This document shows positions 26,465 through 34,844 of a stretch of DNA of 39,492 bases, piece by piece. Within the stretch, counting starts at the first letter, position 1. Every line of letters begins with the position of its first letter. The notes under the pieces are model-generated. The model searched no databases and was not told the DNA's origin. It saw only the letters and a program-made list of their open reading frames with translations. Source of the DNA: a virus (lineage: Duplodnaviria > Caudoviricetes); IMG/VR virus record IMGVR_UViG_3300011438_000023, positions 1 through 39,492 of that record; one strand, 5' to 3'. Both the position numbers and the translations under genes were made by a program.

Positions 26465-27886
26465 TCATGCCGCACGCTCGCCTCGCTGCTCGACGACGTT
26501 TGCGCGTACCAATGCCTCAGCGACTTTCGGCGCGACCGAATTCCCGCACATGCGAACCTGGGCGGTCTTCGTGAGCGGCATGACTTCGCCGGCTTCGTCC
26601 AGACCGTGGTCGATGATGTAGCGATCGTGGAAGCTCTGAGCGCGGAACAGTTCGCGCGGGGTGAGCATGCGCATCCCGATATCGACAATGCGGTGCGGCT
26701 CGCCGCGGACCATGACGAGTCCAAAGCGGTCCTTGGTTACTACCGTGCGCATCGGCTCGCGCAGCGAGATGCCTTCCTTCTCGTTGCCGTAGTAGGCGAT
26801 CAAGAACGCAGTCACGAGCGCGTGATGGTCTTTGGTCGTGATGGTGTGCATCGGGCGCCTGAGGCTCGCGCCGTCGTTCTCGTGGCCCCCGTAGTGGCGG
26901 GCTAGGAATGCCATGGCGACGGCGCCTTGGCTTCCGTGCGCGGTCACAGTCGGCAGCGGATCACGTATGTTGCGCACGCGCGGCGCTTGGCCTTCTCGCT
27001 CGCCGTTGCGAGTGTTGACGACGAACGGTGACACCAAGGCGAAGCGGTTCTCCGTCGTGATCGTTCGCAGTGGAGCCGATAGCGGCCACGCGGCGCCAGC
27101 GCCACTGCTCTGGTTGTCGATGCTGATGATGAAGGGGTTCGGGTCGTTGATGACGTAGCGATCGATGCCGCGGGCAATGCGCGCCAGCGTCGCCGGCACC
27201 AAGTCCTTCGACCGCTCAAAGATCGACGGGCATGGCAGACCGAAGTCGATGCAGTCCGCCGCGGTCGCGTACGGCAGGCGTCCATAACCGTGCGTGGCCT
27301 CAGGGAACACGATCTCGCCGCCGTCGCGCCGCATGACGATGAACAGCCGCTTGCGAGTCGTCGGTGCGCCGTGATCGCACGCGCTCATTTCACGCATGTC
27401 GATCCGGTAGCCAAGGTTCTCGAGTTGTCGGTGCCAGCGGCGGAACAGCATGCCGCGGCGTTGCTGGCAAATCCGGCCATCGGGAAGCAACGGCCCCCAG
27501 TCGGCGAACTCCTGCACGTTCTCAAGGCAGATGACATTCGGCGCAGCGCTGCTCGCAGCCCAACGCGGAATCAGGTTCGCAAGCCCTCGACGACGGCGTG
27601 CGATGTTTCTATCGCGGAACGGCTTCCCGCCACGCGCCTTGCTGTGGAACGTGCAGTCAGGCGAGAACCAGCCGAGTTCCACCTGGCGACCTTTCGCGAT
27701 CTCCTGCGGCTTGACGTCCCATACGCTTCCGCAGAAGTGCTTCGTGTGTGGGTGGTTCGCGCGGTGCATCGCAATCGCCTCGGGATCGTGGTTGATCGCG
27801 TAGTCAATCGGACGGCCAAGAGCAGCCTCTATGCCAGTGGACGCGCCCCCACCGCCAGCGAAATTATCGACGACGATGCCGCTCAT
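26465..27886 (-). CDS. DNA cytosine-5 methyltransferase (orphan)
   Basis: Motif I FAGGGGA, catalytic SPDC, ENV, TTRKRLF, RMLTPRELFRAQSF, GNSV. Confidence 0.93.
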   Translation of the reverse strand: MSGIVVDNFAGGGGASTGIEAALGRPIDYAINHDPEAIAMHRANHPHTKHFCGSVWDVKPQEIAKGRQVELGWFSPDCTFHSKARGGKPFRDRNIARRRRGLANLIPRWAASSAAPNVICLENVQEFADWGPLLPDGRICQQRRGMLFRRWHRQLENLGYRIDMREMSACDHGAPTTRKRLFIVMRRDGGEIVFPEATHGYGRLPYATAADCIDFGLPCPSIFERSKDLVPATLARIARGIDRYVINDPNPFIISIDNQSSGAGAAWPLSAPLRTITTENRFALVSPFVVNTRNGEREGQAPRVRNIRDPLPTVTAHGSQGAVAMAFLARHYGGHENDGASLRRPMHTITTKDHHALVTAFLIAYYGNEKEGISLREPMRTVVTKDRFGLVMVRGEPHRIVDIGMRMLTPRELFRAQSFHDRYIIDHGLDEAGEVMPLTKTAQVRMCGNSVAPKVAEALVRANVVEQRGERAA

Positions 27887-28044
27887 CCCCATACCTGATT
27901 ACTGATGATTCTCGACACGCTGCCCTGCCTGATGCCGAACTCGCGGGCAAGCTCTAACTGAGTCGCCTCGCGGGCGAAGTAGCGGCGGCGTATCTCTTGG
28001 GCTTTTAGGCGGCACATGGCGCGGTAGAAGGTTTTGGGCCTCAT
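27883..28044 (-). CDS. Small HTH protein (53 aa)
   Basis: TQLELAREFGIRQGSVSRII; ATGA-coupled. Confidence 0.75.
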   Translation of the reverse strand: MRPKTFYRAMCRLKAQEIRRRYFAREATQLELAREFGIRQGSVSRIISNQVWG

Positions 28045-28256
28045 TTGCGCTTCCTCGTGTCTTTCATCACGCAATAGTTCTTGACCTTCGACATGTCTAC
28101 CGGCCGCGTCGGCCAAAGGCAGTTCCAGAGCTTGCGCAGCGTCTTTCTGTCGGGCGCCATAATCCCAAGCTCTCCGGCGTCCCATTCGGCAACGGTAACG
28201 ACGCCGCGAACGTAGGTGCGACCAGCGCGGCGCTGAATCTTGAATTTCATGCTCAT
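28041..28256 (-). CDS. Hypothetical protein (71 aa)
   Basis: ATGA-coupled on both sides. Confidence 0.6.
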   Translation of the reverse strand: MSMKFKIQRRAGRTYVRGVVTVAEWDAGELGIMAPDRKTLRKLWNCLWPTRPVDMSKVKNYCVMKDTRKRK

Positions 28257-28429
28257 TTGCGCACTTCCTTCGCGATCTTGAGAACCGCGTCACGGTACCA
28301 ACGTGGTGCGCCGGTATCTGTTTTCAGCCATTGCTGAATCTGCTGGCGCTTTACCTGCAACCGGTCGGCCAGTTTGGTCCGATTATTGTCGCAAGCCCTT
28401 AGTGCATCTATCAGTGCGGTTTTACTCAT
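28253..28429 (-). CDS. Cro-like HTH regulator (58 aa)
   Basis: NRTKLADRLQVKRQQIQQW HTH; first gene of the leftward operon at the divergence point. Confidence 0.75.
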   Translation of the reverse strand: MSKTALIDALRACDNNRTKLADRLQVKRQQIQQWLKTDTGAPRWYRDAVLKIAKEVRK

Positions 28430-28541
28430 GTGACGACTGTAGCAGTATTTTAGGCCAGCGCAAGAAATATCTTGCATAGGCGCAAGATTCGTGTTTCCAT
28501 ACTCCCACACCAGCAAGTAACCGCTGACACGGAGACGAGCG
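28430..28541. promoter_or_regulatory. Divergent early control region with operator-like inverted repeats
   Basis: AT-richer gap; ATCTTGC-N6-GCAAGAT (28469-28488) and an extra GCAAGA half-site (28460-28465); leftward TTGCGC-16-TACAGT with TG extension. Confidence 0.65.
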
Positions 28542-28868
28542 ATGACCCCTGTAACACTCACGCGATGCAACCTGACCGGCCAGACCTTTCGCATTGGCCG
28601 CGTCTATGGCCCGACGATCATCGGCATTCGTGTTTATCTCGCCTACCACGCCGCCAAGGGCTGCCGCGACTCCCTGATGACTCAGGCGCTCGCCAACGCT
28701 CTCGCCAAGAACCTCGCGCCCTTCGCGAACGTGAACGGCCAGCCGTGCAGCCTCAAGTACTACGCGCGCAAGGCGCTCACGCAGCGCGAATGCGAGCGCC
28801 GCGAGTGCAATGGCAGGGCGGAGCGCGCACTGGAACAGGTAGAGCAGAACGAACGGAGGCGCGCGTGA
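28542..28868 (+). CDS. Hypothetical early protein (108 aa)
   Basis: GGAGA RBS; first gene of the rightward operon. Confidence 0.7.
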   Translation: MTPVTLTRCNLTGQTFRIGRVYGPTIIGIRVYLAYHAAKGCRDSLMTQALANALAKNLAPFANVNGQPCSLKYYARKALTQRECERRECNGRAERALEQVEQNERRRA

Positions 28869-29023
28869 CCGACCTCGAAAGCACAATTCGCAGGGCCATG
28901 AGCGAGGCAGAGCGCTCCTCCATCGAAGCCGCCCGTATCGCCTACGAGCGCGGCTACATCGACCAGCGCCAGATCGGCCCCGGCGTCTGGACTCTCAAAC
29001 ATTCGACGGAGCAACTGCCATGA
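28865..29023 (+). CDS. Hypothetical protein (52 aa)
   Basis: GGAGG RBS; GTGA and ATGA overlaps. Confidence 0.6.
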   Translation: MTDLESTIRRAMSEAERSSIEAARIAYERGYIDQRQIGPGVWTLKHSTEQLP

Positions 29024-29235
29024 TCAAGTTCGGAAAGCGAATCGCCACTGGCCAACCGCCTGACATCGCCAAGGTCGTCCGCTGCAAGGATTCGCAGGCG
29101 TGGAACGTGCTCGTCAAGGTCGATGACTGCACGATCACGATTGCCGCGATCGACAAGGGGCACGCAGACAACATGTGTGACGCTCTCAACGAAGCGGCGT
29201 GGGTCAGCGTTCATCGTGACACGGTGCGGTCATGA
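29020..29235 (+). CDS. Hypothetical protein (71 aa)
   Basis: GGAG RBS; coupled. Confidence 0.65.
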   Translation: MIKFGKRIATGQPPDIAKVVRCKDSQAWNVLVKVDDCTITIAAIDKGHADNMCDALNEAAWVSVHRDTVRS

Positions 29236-29423
29236 ACATCATCCCCCTTCCCGCCCCGCGCTCGCCGCTGTTCGCAGGCGCAGTAGCGATTCTCGCCGGC
29301 ACCGACCGCGCCGCTGTGCTGCTGTGCCTGCGCGACCAGTTACCTGGCTACAGCTTGGCGCAGATTGACGCGGCGCTGCGTGAGACTGCGGTGACGTTCC
29401 ATTGCGAAACGGTGCGCAAGTGA
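29232..29423 (+). CDS. Hypothetical protein (63 aa)
   Basis: 4-nt overlaps on both sides. Confidence 0.55.
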   Translation: MNIIPLPAPRSPLFAGAVAILAGTDRAAVLLCLRDQLPGYSLAQIDAALRETAVTFHCETVRK

Positions 29424-29662
29424 GCCGCGCGAACGATCCGGCATTTCCAGTTCTCGCCGAGGACTGCCAGCGCGTGAATGAGAGCGCCATGCATCCCGGC
29501 CTTACCCTGCGCGAGTACTACGCGGGGCTGGCGATGCAGGGGCTGCTGGCGTCCCGCTCCAATCATGCTGATGTGTGGCGTATAGACAGATCAGATATCG
29601 CCATGGTCTCACGCGTCATGGCAGACACCCTTCTCGCCGAACTGGCGAAGGTGAAGTCATGA
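29420..29662 (+). CDS. Conserved phage early protein (PAFP...G-x-TLR-x-Y-x-A-x-x-AMQG family)
   Basis: DPAFPV...PGLTLREYYAGLAMQGLLA...MADTLLAE. Confidence 0.8.
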   Translation: MSRANDPAFPVLAEDCQRVNESAMHPGLTLREYYAGLAMQGLLASRSNHADVWRIDRSDIAMVSRVMADTLLAELAKVKS

Positions 29663-29856
29663 GCCGCGCTCCGTCTGATGCGACCAAGCTGCGGACTGCA
29701 TTGGCTGATTTGAAAGTTGTTCGAAAGAACTTCGACAATGTACAGGCTCAACTGTACGTCTACCGCGTCCGCGCGACAAAAGCAGAGCAGGAAGCTGCTG
29801 ATTGGCGCAAGCGATTTGATGCGCTTCTTCTGCGCACACCGGAAGTGAAGTCATGA
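29659..29856 (+). CDS. Hypothetical coiled-coil protein (65 aa)
   Basis: ATGA-coupled. Confidence 0.6.
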   Translation: MSRAPSDATKLRTALADLKVVRKNFDNVQAQLYVYRVRATKAEQEAADWRKRFDALLLRTPEVKS

Positions 29857-30092
29857 ACGAGCGCCGAATCACCCCGCGCCGTGGCGCTGCTGTTCGCCGC
29901 CTTGCATTGGATCACTACGGCGTCTTTCATGCTGGCGAGTACCGAGGGGCGCGCGATACCTGGCTTTTGCTGGCGATCATCGCCACCGAGGCTGGTGACA
30001 TGAGACTTCGCAGGGATCGCCTTCGCCACGCCATCAACTCGCACCGCGCCATGATGCGCTGCGTAATTCAAGCCAACGGAGAAGCAAAGTGA
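29853..30092 (+). CDS. Hypothetical protein (79 aa)
   Basis: Coupled ORF. Confidence 0.55.
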   Translation: MNERRITPRRGAAVRRLALDHYGVFHAGEYRGARDTWLLLAIIATEAGDMRLRRDRLRHAINSHRAMMRCVIQANGEAK

Positions 30093-30382
30093 AACCGATA
30101 GCCATTCTGTTCGCCATGGTCTTAGGCGTAGCGTTCGTCATATGGCTCGTCGCGCGGCTGGCGCGCAAGGCTGAGGAAGATCCGGTGATGGAGCCAGTGC
30201 AGCCGATTCCGGCCGATCCAGTAGCCGCCGCTCGCAGACTCAAGCTGGAACGCGAGTACAAAGAACTGACCGACTTGGCGATTCGCAACCAATACCTGAC
30301 AGCCGAGGATTCCGACCGGCTCGCGACTGTCTACAACGACCTCAAACGAGAAAACTGCAAGCACCTGAGGCGTCCGTCATGA
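30089..30382 (+). CDS. N-terminally anchored membrane protein (97 aa)
   Basis: IAILFAMVLGVAFVIWLVA TM segment; GGAG RBS. Confidence 0.65.
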   Translation: MKPIAILFAMVLGVAFVIWLVARLARKAEEDPVMEPVQPIPADPVAAARRLKLEREYKELTDLAIRNQYLTAEDSDRLATVYNDLKRENCKHLRRPS

Positions 30383-30552
30383 GTGACATTGCTGCACTGT
30401 TCATCGCCGCCGGCATAGCTGCTTGCGGAATGCTCATTGGCCTCAGTGTCGAGTGCGGACTTAAGGCCATCGCAGAAGCGATTACAAAGCCAAAGCGCTA
30501 CGACGTAAGTCTGCCGTCAGTCAAGGTCATCCACGATAGAGAGGGATCATGA
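30379..30552 (+). CDS. Small membrane protein (57 aa), absent from the ORF track
   Basis: MSDIAALFIAAGIAACGMLIGLSV...; ATGA overlaps at both ends. Confidence 0.6.
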   Translation: MSDIAALFIAAGIAACGMLIGLSVECGLKAIAEAITKPKRYDVSLPSVKVIHDREGS

Positions 30553-30758
30553 ACGGCTTTTCATTCTGGTACTCGCGCTATCCCGAGGTGCTACTTGTCG
30601 TCGGGATGTTCGGCGCCATCGGTGGGCTGCTGCTTTTCGCCGCCGTCGAATGGCTGGCGAAGCGGCACAAGGCGAGAGAGCAGCGCAAGTTGGATGAGGC
30701 TACCGACCACCTGATACGTGTGGGCTTTCTTGAAAACGAGCGGCAGAAAAGCAAATGA
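30549..30758 (+). CDS. Small membrane protein (69 aa)
   Basis: VLLVVGMFGAIGGLLLFAAV TM segment; GAGGG RBS. Confidence 0.65.
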   Translation: MNGFSFWYSRYPEVLLVVGMFGAIGGLLLFAAVEWLAKRHKAREQRKLDEATDHLIRVGFLENERQKSK

Positions 30759-30928
30759 AAACATTCACAGAACTTACCACCGACGAACTTCGCGAGATGG
30801 CCATCAAGACCGATCCCGTGCGCTGTAACTGGGATCAGTGGACGCGCGAGATGTTGCTGGCGTTCTTTCACAACCGCCGCGACAAGTACGGCCATGACGC
30901 AGCATCAGCCGCTTTCGTCGCGAGATGA
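30755..30928 (+). CDS. Hypothetical protein (57 aa), absent from the ORF track
   Basis: MKTFTELTTDELREMAIKTDPVRCNWDQWTREMLLAFF...; ATGA overlap. Confidence 0.6.
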   Translation: MKTFTELTTDELREMAIKTDPVRCNWDQWTREMLLAFFHNRRDKYGHDAASAAFVAR

Positions 30929-30944
30929 GCGACAGGTAAACCAT

Positions 30945-31091
30945 ATGGACCCAGACACCGAAGATGCTGCATGGGCGCAACTCGAATGCGAAGCGCAGCA
31001 CTACAACGAGATGCTAGCAGCCGATCCTGGCTATGCCGATTGGCTCAACAAGTTCAATCAAACGGAGTACGACAATGCCGAAAGTGAGTGA
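30945..31091 (+). CDS. Small acidic protein (48 aa)
   Basis: AGGT RBS; MDPDTEDAAWAQLECE...YDNAESE. Confidence 0.55.
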   Translation: MDPDTEDAAWAQLECEAQHYNEMLAADPGYADWLNKFNQTEYDNAESE

Positions 31092-31458
31092 AATGATCGT
31101 CAGCAAGTTCCTTCGCAAAGAGGACTTCGACGAAGACCGCGTGATGACCATCAAGGGCATCAAGCTCGAAGACATGCCGGGTGATTCTGGCGACCAGAAA
31201 TGGGTCCTGTACTTCCGCGAGGAAGCCAAGGGCATGGCTCTGAACGTCACAACCATCCGTGTGTTGGAACAGGCATACGGGGATGACTCCGACCACTGGG
31301 TCGGAAACAAGGTCATGGTCTACGTCGATCCGAACGTGAGCTTCGGGGGCAAGGTGGTCGGTGGGCTGCGGCTGCGCACGCCCAAGAAGACCACAGTGAA
31401 GAATCCGCCACCGCCGCCTGTCGATGATGAGTTTGGCGACAAGGACATCCCGTTCTAA
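31075..31458 (+). CDS. ssDNA-binding protein-like (beta-rich core with acidic SSB-type tail)
   Basis: GGAG RBS; SKFLRKED, LNVTT...YGDDSDHWVG core; Pro linker and C-terminal DDEFGDKDIPF. Confidence 0.75.
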   Translation: MPKVSEMIVSKFLRKEDFDEDRVMTIKGIKLEDMPGDSGDQKWVLYFREEAKGMALNVTTIRVLEQAYGDDSDHWVGNKVMVYVDPNVSFGGKVVGGLRLRTPKKTTVKNPPPPPVDDEFGDKDIPF

Positions 31459-32111
31459 TGGCCCGTCCAATCACAGGCTACAAAAACGCTGCCGGGGAGA
31501 AAATCCCCGGCACGACTACCATCATAGGGAGGTTCAAGGAGAGTGGCGGATTGCTTCACTGGGCATTCAAGCAAGGCCAGTCAGGCGCAGCGCATTTGTA
31601 CGAGGAACGCGACCAGGCGGCGCTCGCCGGCAACATCGCGCACGACATGATCGAGTGCGACATCCTCAAACGAGAGCGCCCAGTGTTCACAGCAGCGCCA
31701 GAACTGATTGAGAAGGCCACCAACGCGTTCAACCAGTTCAAGGAATGGCAGGAACAGACCCGTATCGAAATCCTCGCCACGGAGCGCGGATACGTTTCTG
31801 AGCGCTACCAGTTCGGCGGTACTATCGACGCGATTGGCCGCGACATGAAGGGCCGCATTGTGTTGCTCGACTGGAAGACCAGCAATGCGGTGTATCAGGA
31901 CTATCTGATCCAGCTTGCCGCCTATGCGTTGCTCTTGGAGGAATGCGAGCCGTCGATGACCCCGAGCGCCTTTCACTTGCTGCGGGTCGCAAAAGAGTCC
32001 GCAGACTTCGCACACCACTTTTTCGGAGAACTTGAGGACGCCAAAAAGGCTTTCGTGCTGATGCGCGATCTTTACGACATCGACAAACGTCTCAAGAAGC
32101 GAGCCGCGTGA
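31458..32111 (+). CDS. PD-(D/E)XK exonuclease (Cas4/RecB-like fold)
   Basis: PGTTTII, GNIAHDMIE, FGGTIDAI, LLDWKTS, QLAAY. Confidence 0.88.
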   Translation: MARPITGYKNAAGEKIPGTTTIIGRFKESGGLLHWAFKQGQSGAAHLYEERDQAALAGNIAHDMIECDILKRERPVFTAAPELIEKATNAFNQFKEWQEQTRIEILATERGYVSERYQFGGTIDAIGRDMKGRIVLLDWKTSNAVYQDYLIQLAAYALLLEECEPSMTPSAFHLLRVAKESADFAHHFFGELEDAKKAFVLMRDLYDIDKRLKKRAA

Positions 32112-32563
32112 TGGAATGCTGGATGACCCGCACCCTGTTCGGCTGCGCTCCCGCTGATGAGGAATCGCAGAAGGCGCTCAATCGCCACAACATCGGGTCA
32201 ACCTTTCCCGTGGACATCAAGGTGCGCGCGAACCGCTCTGGTGCGTGGAATCGTCGCTATCACCTCTTGTGCCAAATGATCGCCAACAACATTGAGAGGA
32301 TTGAGATTGAGCCAGGTGCATTCATGGAGGTGCGCAGCAAAGAAGACGTTCATTGCGCCTTCAAGTATATGACCGGCTTGTTCGATTCGATCGTGACGCG
32401 CGAGGGCATTATTCGATTGGTGAAGTCCACGGCATTCGATAAAATGAGCGCAGACGATTTCGCTAACTACTGGCGTCGCGTTCTGGATGTGATCCATCAA
32501 AAGATTCTTCCTGGAATAGCGATTGCCAGCATCGAAGAAGAACTGGCGAGGATGGCTTCATGA
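32108..32563 (+). CDS. DUF1367/NinB-like recombination accessory protein
   Basis: NRS..WNRRYH, K...G..D, KSTAFDKMSADDF..YW pattern. Confidence 0.65.
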   Translation: MMECWMTRTLFGCAPADEESQKALNRHNIGSTFPVDIKVRANRSGAWNRRYHLLCQMIANNIERIEIEPGAFMEVRSKEDVHCAFKYMTGLFDSIVTREGIIRLVKSTAFDKMSADDFANYWRRVLDVIHQKILPGIAIASIEEELARMAS

Positions 32564-33060
32564 ATGCCGTGCAACTGACTGGTCAGAAGATTGGGCGCTG
32601 GCTCGTTATATCTCAGGCTCCATCTGAGAAAGGCATATCACGGTGGCATTGCCTTTGCGACTGCGGCACGGAGCGTGTTGTGGCGCGCGGGGTTCTGCGT
32701 GAAAAGGTCAACGTTGTGAAGTCTTGCGGTTGCTGGCGTAGTGATCGCATCACAGCGGCCAACACGAAGCACGGCCACGTAAACACGCCAACTTATCGCA
32801 GTTGGTCATCAATGATGACTCGCTGCAATAACAAGAACTTCGCCCAGTTCAAGTATTGGGGCGGTCGCGGCATTAAGGTCTGTGAGCGCTGGAACGACTT
32901 CGCGAACTTCCTTGCCGACATGGGAGAGCGTCCAGCGGGAAAGACCCTGGACAGATTCCCCAACAACGAAACAGGCCATTACGAACCAGGAAACTGTCGG
33001 TGGGCAACACCCAAAGAGCAGGTCAACAATCGTCGCAAGATAAATGGCTCGCAGCTATGA
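32560..33060 (+). CDS. HNH-type homing endonuclease
   Basis: LTGQKIGRW, WHCLCDCG, SCGC, WGGRGIKVCERW..F.NFLADMGERP, TLDR, YEPGNCRWAT..EQ.NNRR. Confidence 0.88.
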   Translation: MNAVQLTGQKIGRWLVISQAPSEKGISRWHCLCDCGTERVVARGVLREKVNVVKSCGCWRSDRITAANTKHGHVNTPTYRSWSSMMTRCNNKNFAQFKYWGGRGIKVCERWNDFANFLADMGERPAGKTLDRFPNNETGHYEPGNCRWATPKEQVNNRRKINGSQL

Positions 33061-33368
33061 CCAAAGCCGACGAGATCCGCTTCGACAAGCTGCACGCTCT
33101 CGGTTGCATCGCGTGCAGGCATAACGGCACAGGCGTGTTCCCGGCCGAAATTCATCACCTACTCAGCGGCGGACGTCGAATCGGGCATCAAGGGACAATT
33201 CCGCTTTGTGTCTGGCATCACCGCGGCGTAGTGCCTGACGGTCTTACGAGCATGCAGATGACCATGGATCACGGCCCTTCACTGGCGCGTGGCTCGAAAG
33301 CCTTTCACATGCACTTCGGAAGCGACGGCGCATTGATCGCAGAAGTGAACGAGTTGATCCATGAATAA
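33057..33368 (+). CDS. Ref-like (recombination enhancement) HNH nuclease
   Basis: GCIACR, AEIHHL, GHQGTIPLCVWHHRG, F...FGS motifs. Confidence 0.75.
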   Translation: MTKADEIRFDKLHALGCIACRHNGTGVFPAEIHHLLSGGRRIGHQGTIPLCVWHHRGVVPDGLTSMQMTMDHGPSLARGSKAFHMHFGSDGALIAEVNELIHE

Positions 33369-33663
33369 CCAACTGCCGCACCCGTCAGTTACCCCGGGCG
33401 CGCAGGGCGTCGTGGCTGTGTCAGCGGTCACGACGTTTTCTGCTCACATATTGAGCCTCGCCGACTCCATCGCAGCCGGCGCTGACCGTCAGTTGATGGC
33501 AGCGCATTTGCGGCATGTGGCTGCACAAGTCGGTGCTGACGCCGAGCTACTAGCCGACCTGATCGCCGAGTTTCGCTCCGTGGGCCGCTGTCGTGGCCCG
33601 TTACACCCGCGCGGTGAGTGCCAGTGCGGGCATTGCAAAATTGCTGTGAGGTTAGTGAAGTGA
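33361..33663 (+). CDS. Hypothetical protein (100 aa) with C-terminal Cys cluster
   Basis: Coupled ORF; ECQCGHC. Confidence 0.55.
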   Translation: MNNQLPHPSVTPGAQGVVAVSAVTTFSAHILSLADSIAAGADRQLMAAHLRHVAAQVGADAELLADLIAEFRSVGRCRGPLHPRGECQCGHCKIAVRLVK

Positions 33664-33917
33664 CAAAAATATCTCAGCGTGAGGCGCGTCGCTTGCGCAA
33701 GCGGGTTGATGAACTTGAAGAAGTGATTCGCAAGCAGCACATGAATTGGGTGCGCGATTGGCCGGGTGGAGTGCATATCGGCACGATCGACTGCACTCAC
33801 AAGGACTACGACACAAAGGTAGGAGTAGCCCGCAAGCTAGGTCACGCCGTGGTTGTGACTGGCCACAAATCTGACGCACTGGAAATGTTCGCGCTGCCGT
33901 TACCGGTGACCCCATGA
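33660..33917 (+). CDS. Hypothetical protein (85 aa)
   Basis: GAGG upstream; GTGA overlap. Confidence 0.6.
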   Translation: MTKISQREARRLRKRVDELEEVIRKQHMNWVRDWPGGVHIGTIDCTHKDYDTKVGVARKLGHAVVVTGHKSDALEMFALPLPVTP

Positions 33918-34213
33918 CCTTCAAAGACAACCTACCCGCCCGTACGACGCTCGACACCGCGTATCACATCAAGCCCTGCTTCGTGTGTGTGACGGGGACG
34001 GGTTACGACGAATTGATGCTGTTCTTCAATCGCAAGAAGCCGACCCCGGCGCGCCATGCGCACACCTCGTGCTATTGCAGGGCGTTCCCGGCACTGGTAG
34101 CAGCGCTGAGCGCGTCGAACCTCGCCAAACTGCGACTCACAGACTTGAAGTTCCTGACGCCGGTGCAGCGTGAGGCCGTGTTTGCGAAGATCCCGGTGCC
34201 GGTGCTGCCGTGA
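33914..34213 (+). CDS. Hypothetical protein with Cys pairs (99 aa)
   Basis: CFVC...HTSC; coupled. Confidence 0.6.
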   Translation: MTFKDNLPARTTLDTAYHIKPCFVCVTGTGYDELMLFFNRKKPTPARHAHTSCYCRAFPALVAALSASNLAKLRLTDLKFLTPVQREAVFAKIPVPVLP

Positions 34214-34437
34214 GTGAGCACGTTCTGTACTTCGACGAGACGCGCGCAGAGATGCCTGAGACCGGAATTTACATTCGCGCCAAGTATCCCGCTGGCGGCT
34301 GGGGTTCCGTTGACATCGCGCACCTCGACCGCGTTTCACTGCACAGATTCTTGCGCGGCAGAGGTGGCGAAAATCTGTGGGCAGAGAACGTCGTGATGAC
34401 GCTGCTAGGCCATGAACAAATTGAGGCTTCTCCATGA
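34210..34437 (+). CDS. Hypothetical protein (75 aa)
   Basis: Coupled; TGIYIRA...WGSVDIA.LD..SL..FLR. Confidence 0.65.
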   Translation: MSEHVLYFDETRAEMPETGIYIRAKYPAGGWGSVDIAHLDRVSLHRFLRGRGGENLWAENVVMTLLGHEQIEASP

Positions 34438-34844
34438 CCAACAACGACACCCCCGCGGTGAGTGCTGAGCGGTTGGCGCAGATACGTCAGCACGACAGCG
34501 TGTGGACAGCATCTCAAAGCACGCTGCCTGATCCGCCAATGCGTGACCGTCACGATTTGCTGATCGCCTACGCCGCCTTGCTAGCCGCCAACGCCGCTCT
34601 GCAAGCGCGTCTTGCTGATGTCGAGCGTTACCACGGCGAAGCTGTTCAGCGCGAAGTCGCCCTGCGGGAGCAGGTGGCGAGGATGGAGGCTGATGCTGCG
34701 CGGCTCGATTGGCTGGAGGACCGCGGCCGGTGCTATTGCGTCGAGGTGCAGTCACAGCCAAGTGGCGATTACATCTACCCCAACGGCGGCCGTTCAACAC
34801 TACGCGCCGCCATCGACACCGCCCGCGCGGGAGGCGAGGTATGA
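34434..34844 (+). CDS. Ead/Ea22-like mosaic early protein
   Basis: ERLAQIR N-term, coiled coil, DAARLDWLE...TLRAAID C-terminal module. Confidence 0.65.
   Translation: MTNNDTPAVSAERLAQIRQHDSVWTASQSTLPDPPMRDRHDLLIAYAALLAANAALQARLADVERYHGEAVQREVALREQVARMEADAARLDWLEDRGRCYCVEVQSQPSGDYIYPNGGRSTLRAAIDTARAGGEV

Noticed and set aside
31458-32111. Cas4-like nuclease suggesting a CRISPR system
   Set aside because: No repeat-spacer array or other cas genes, and it lacks the Cas4 four-Cys cluster; context is phage recombination
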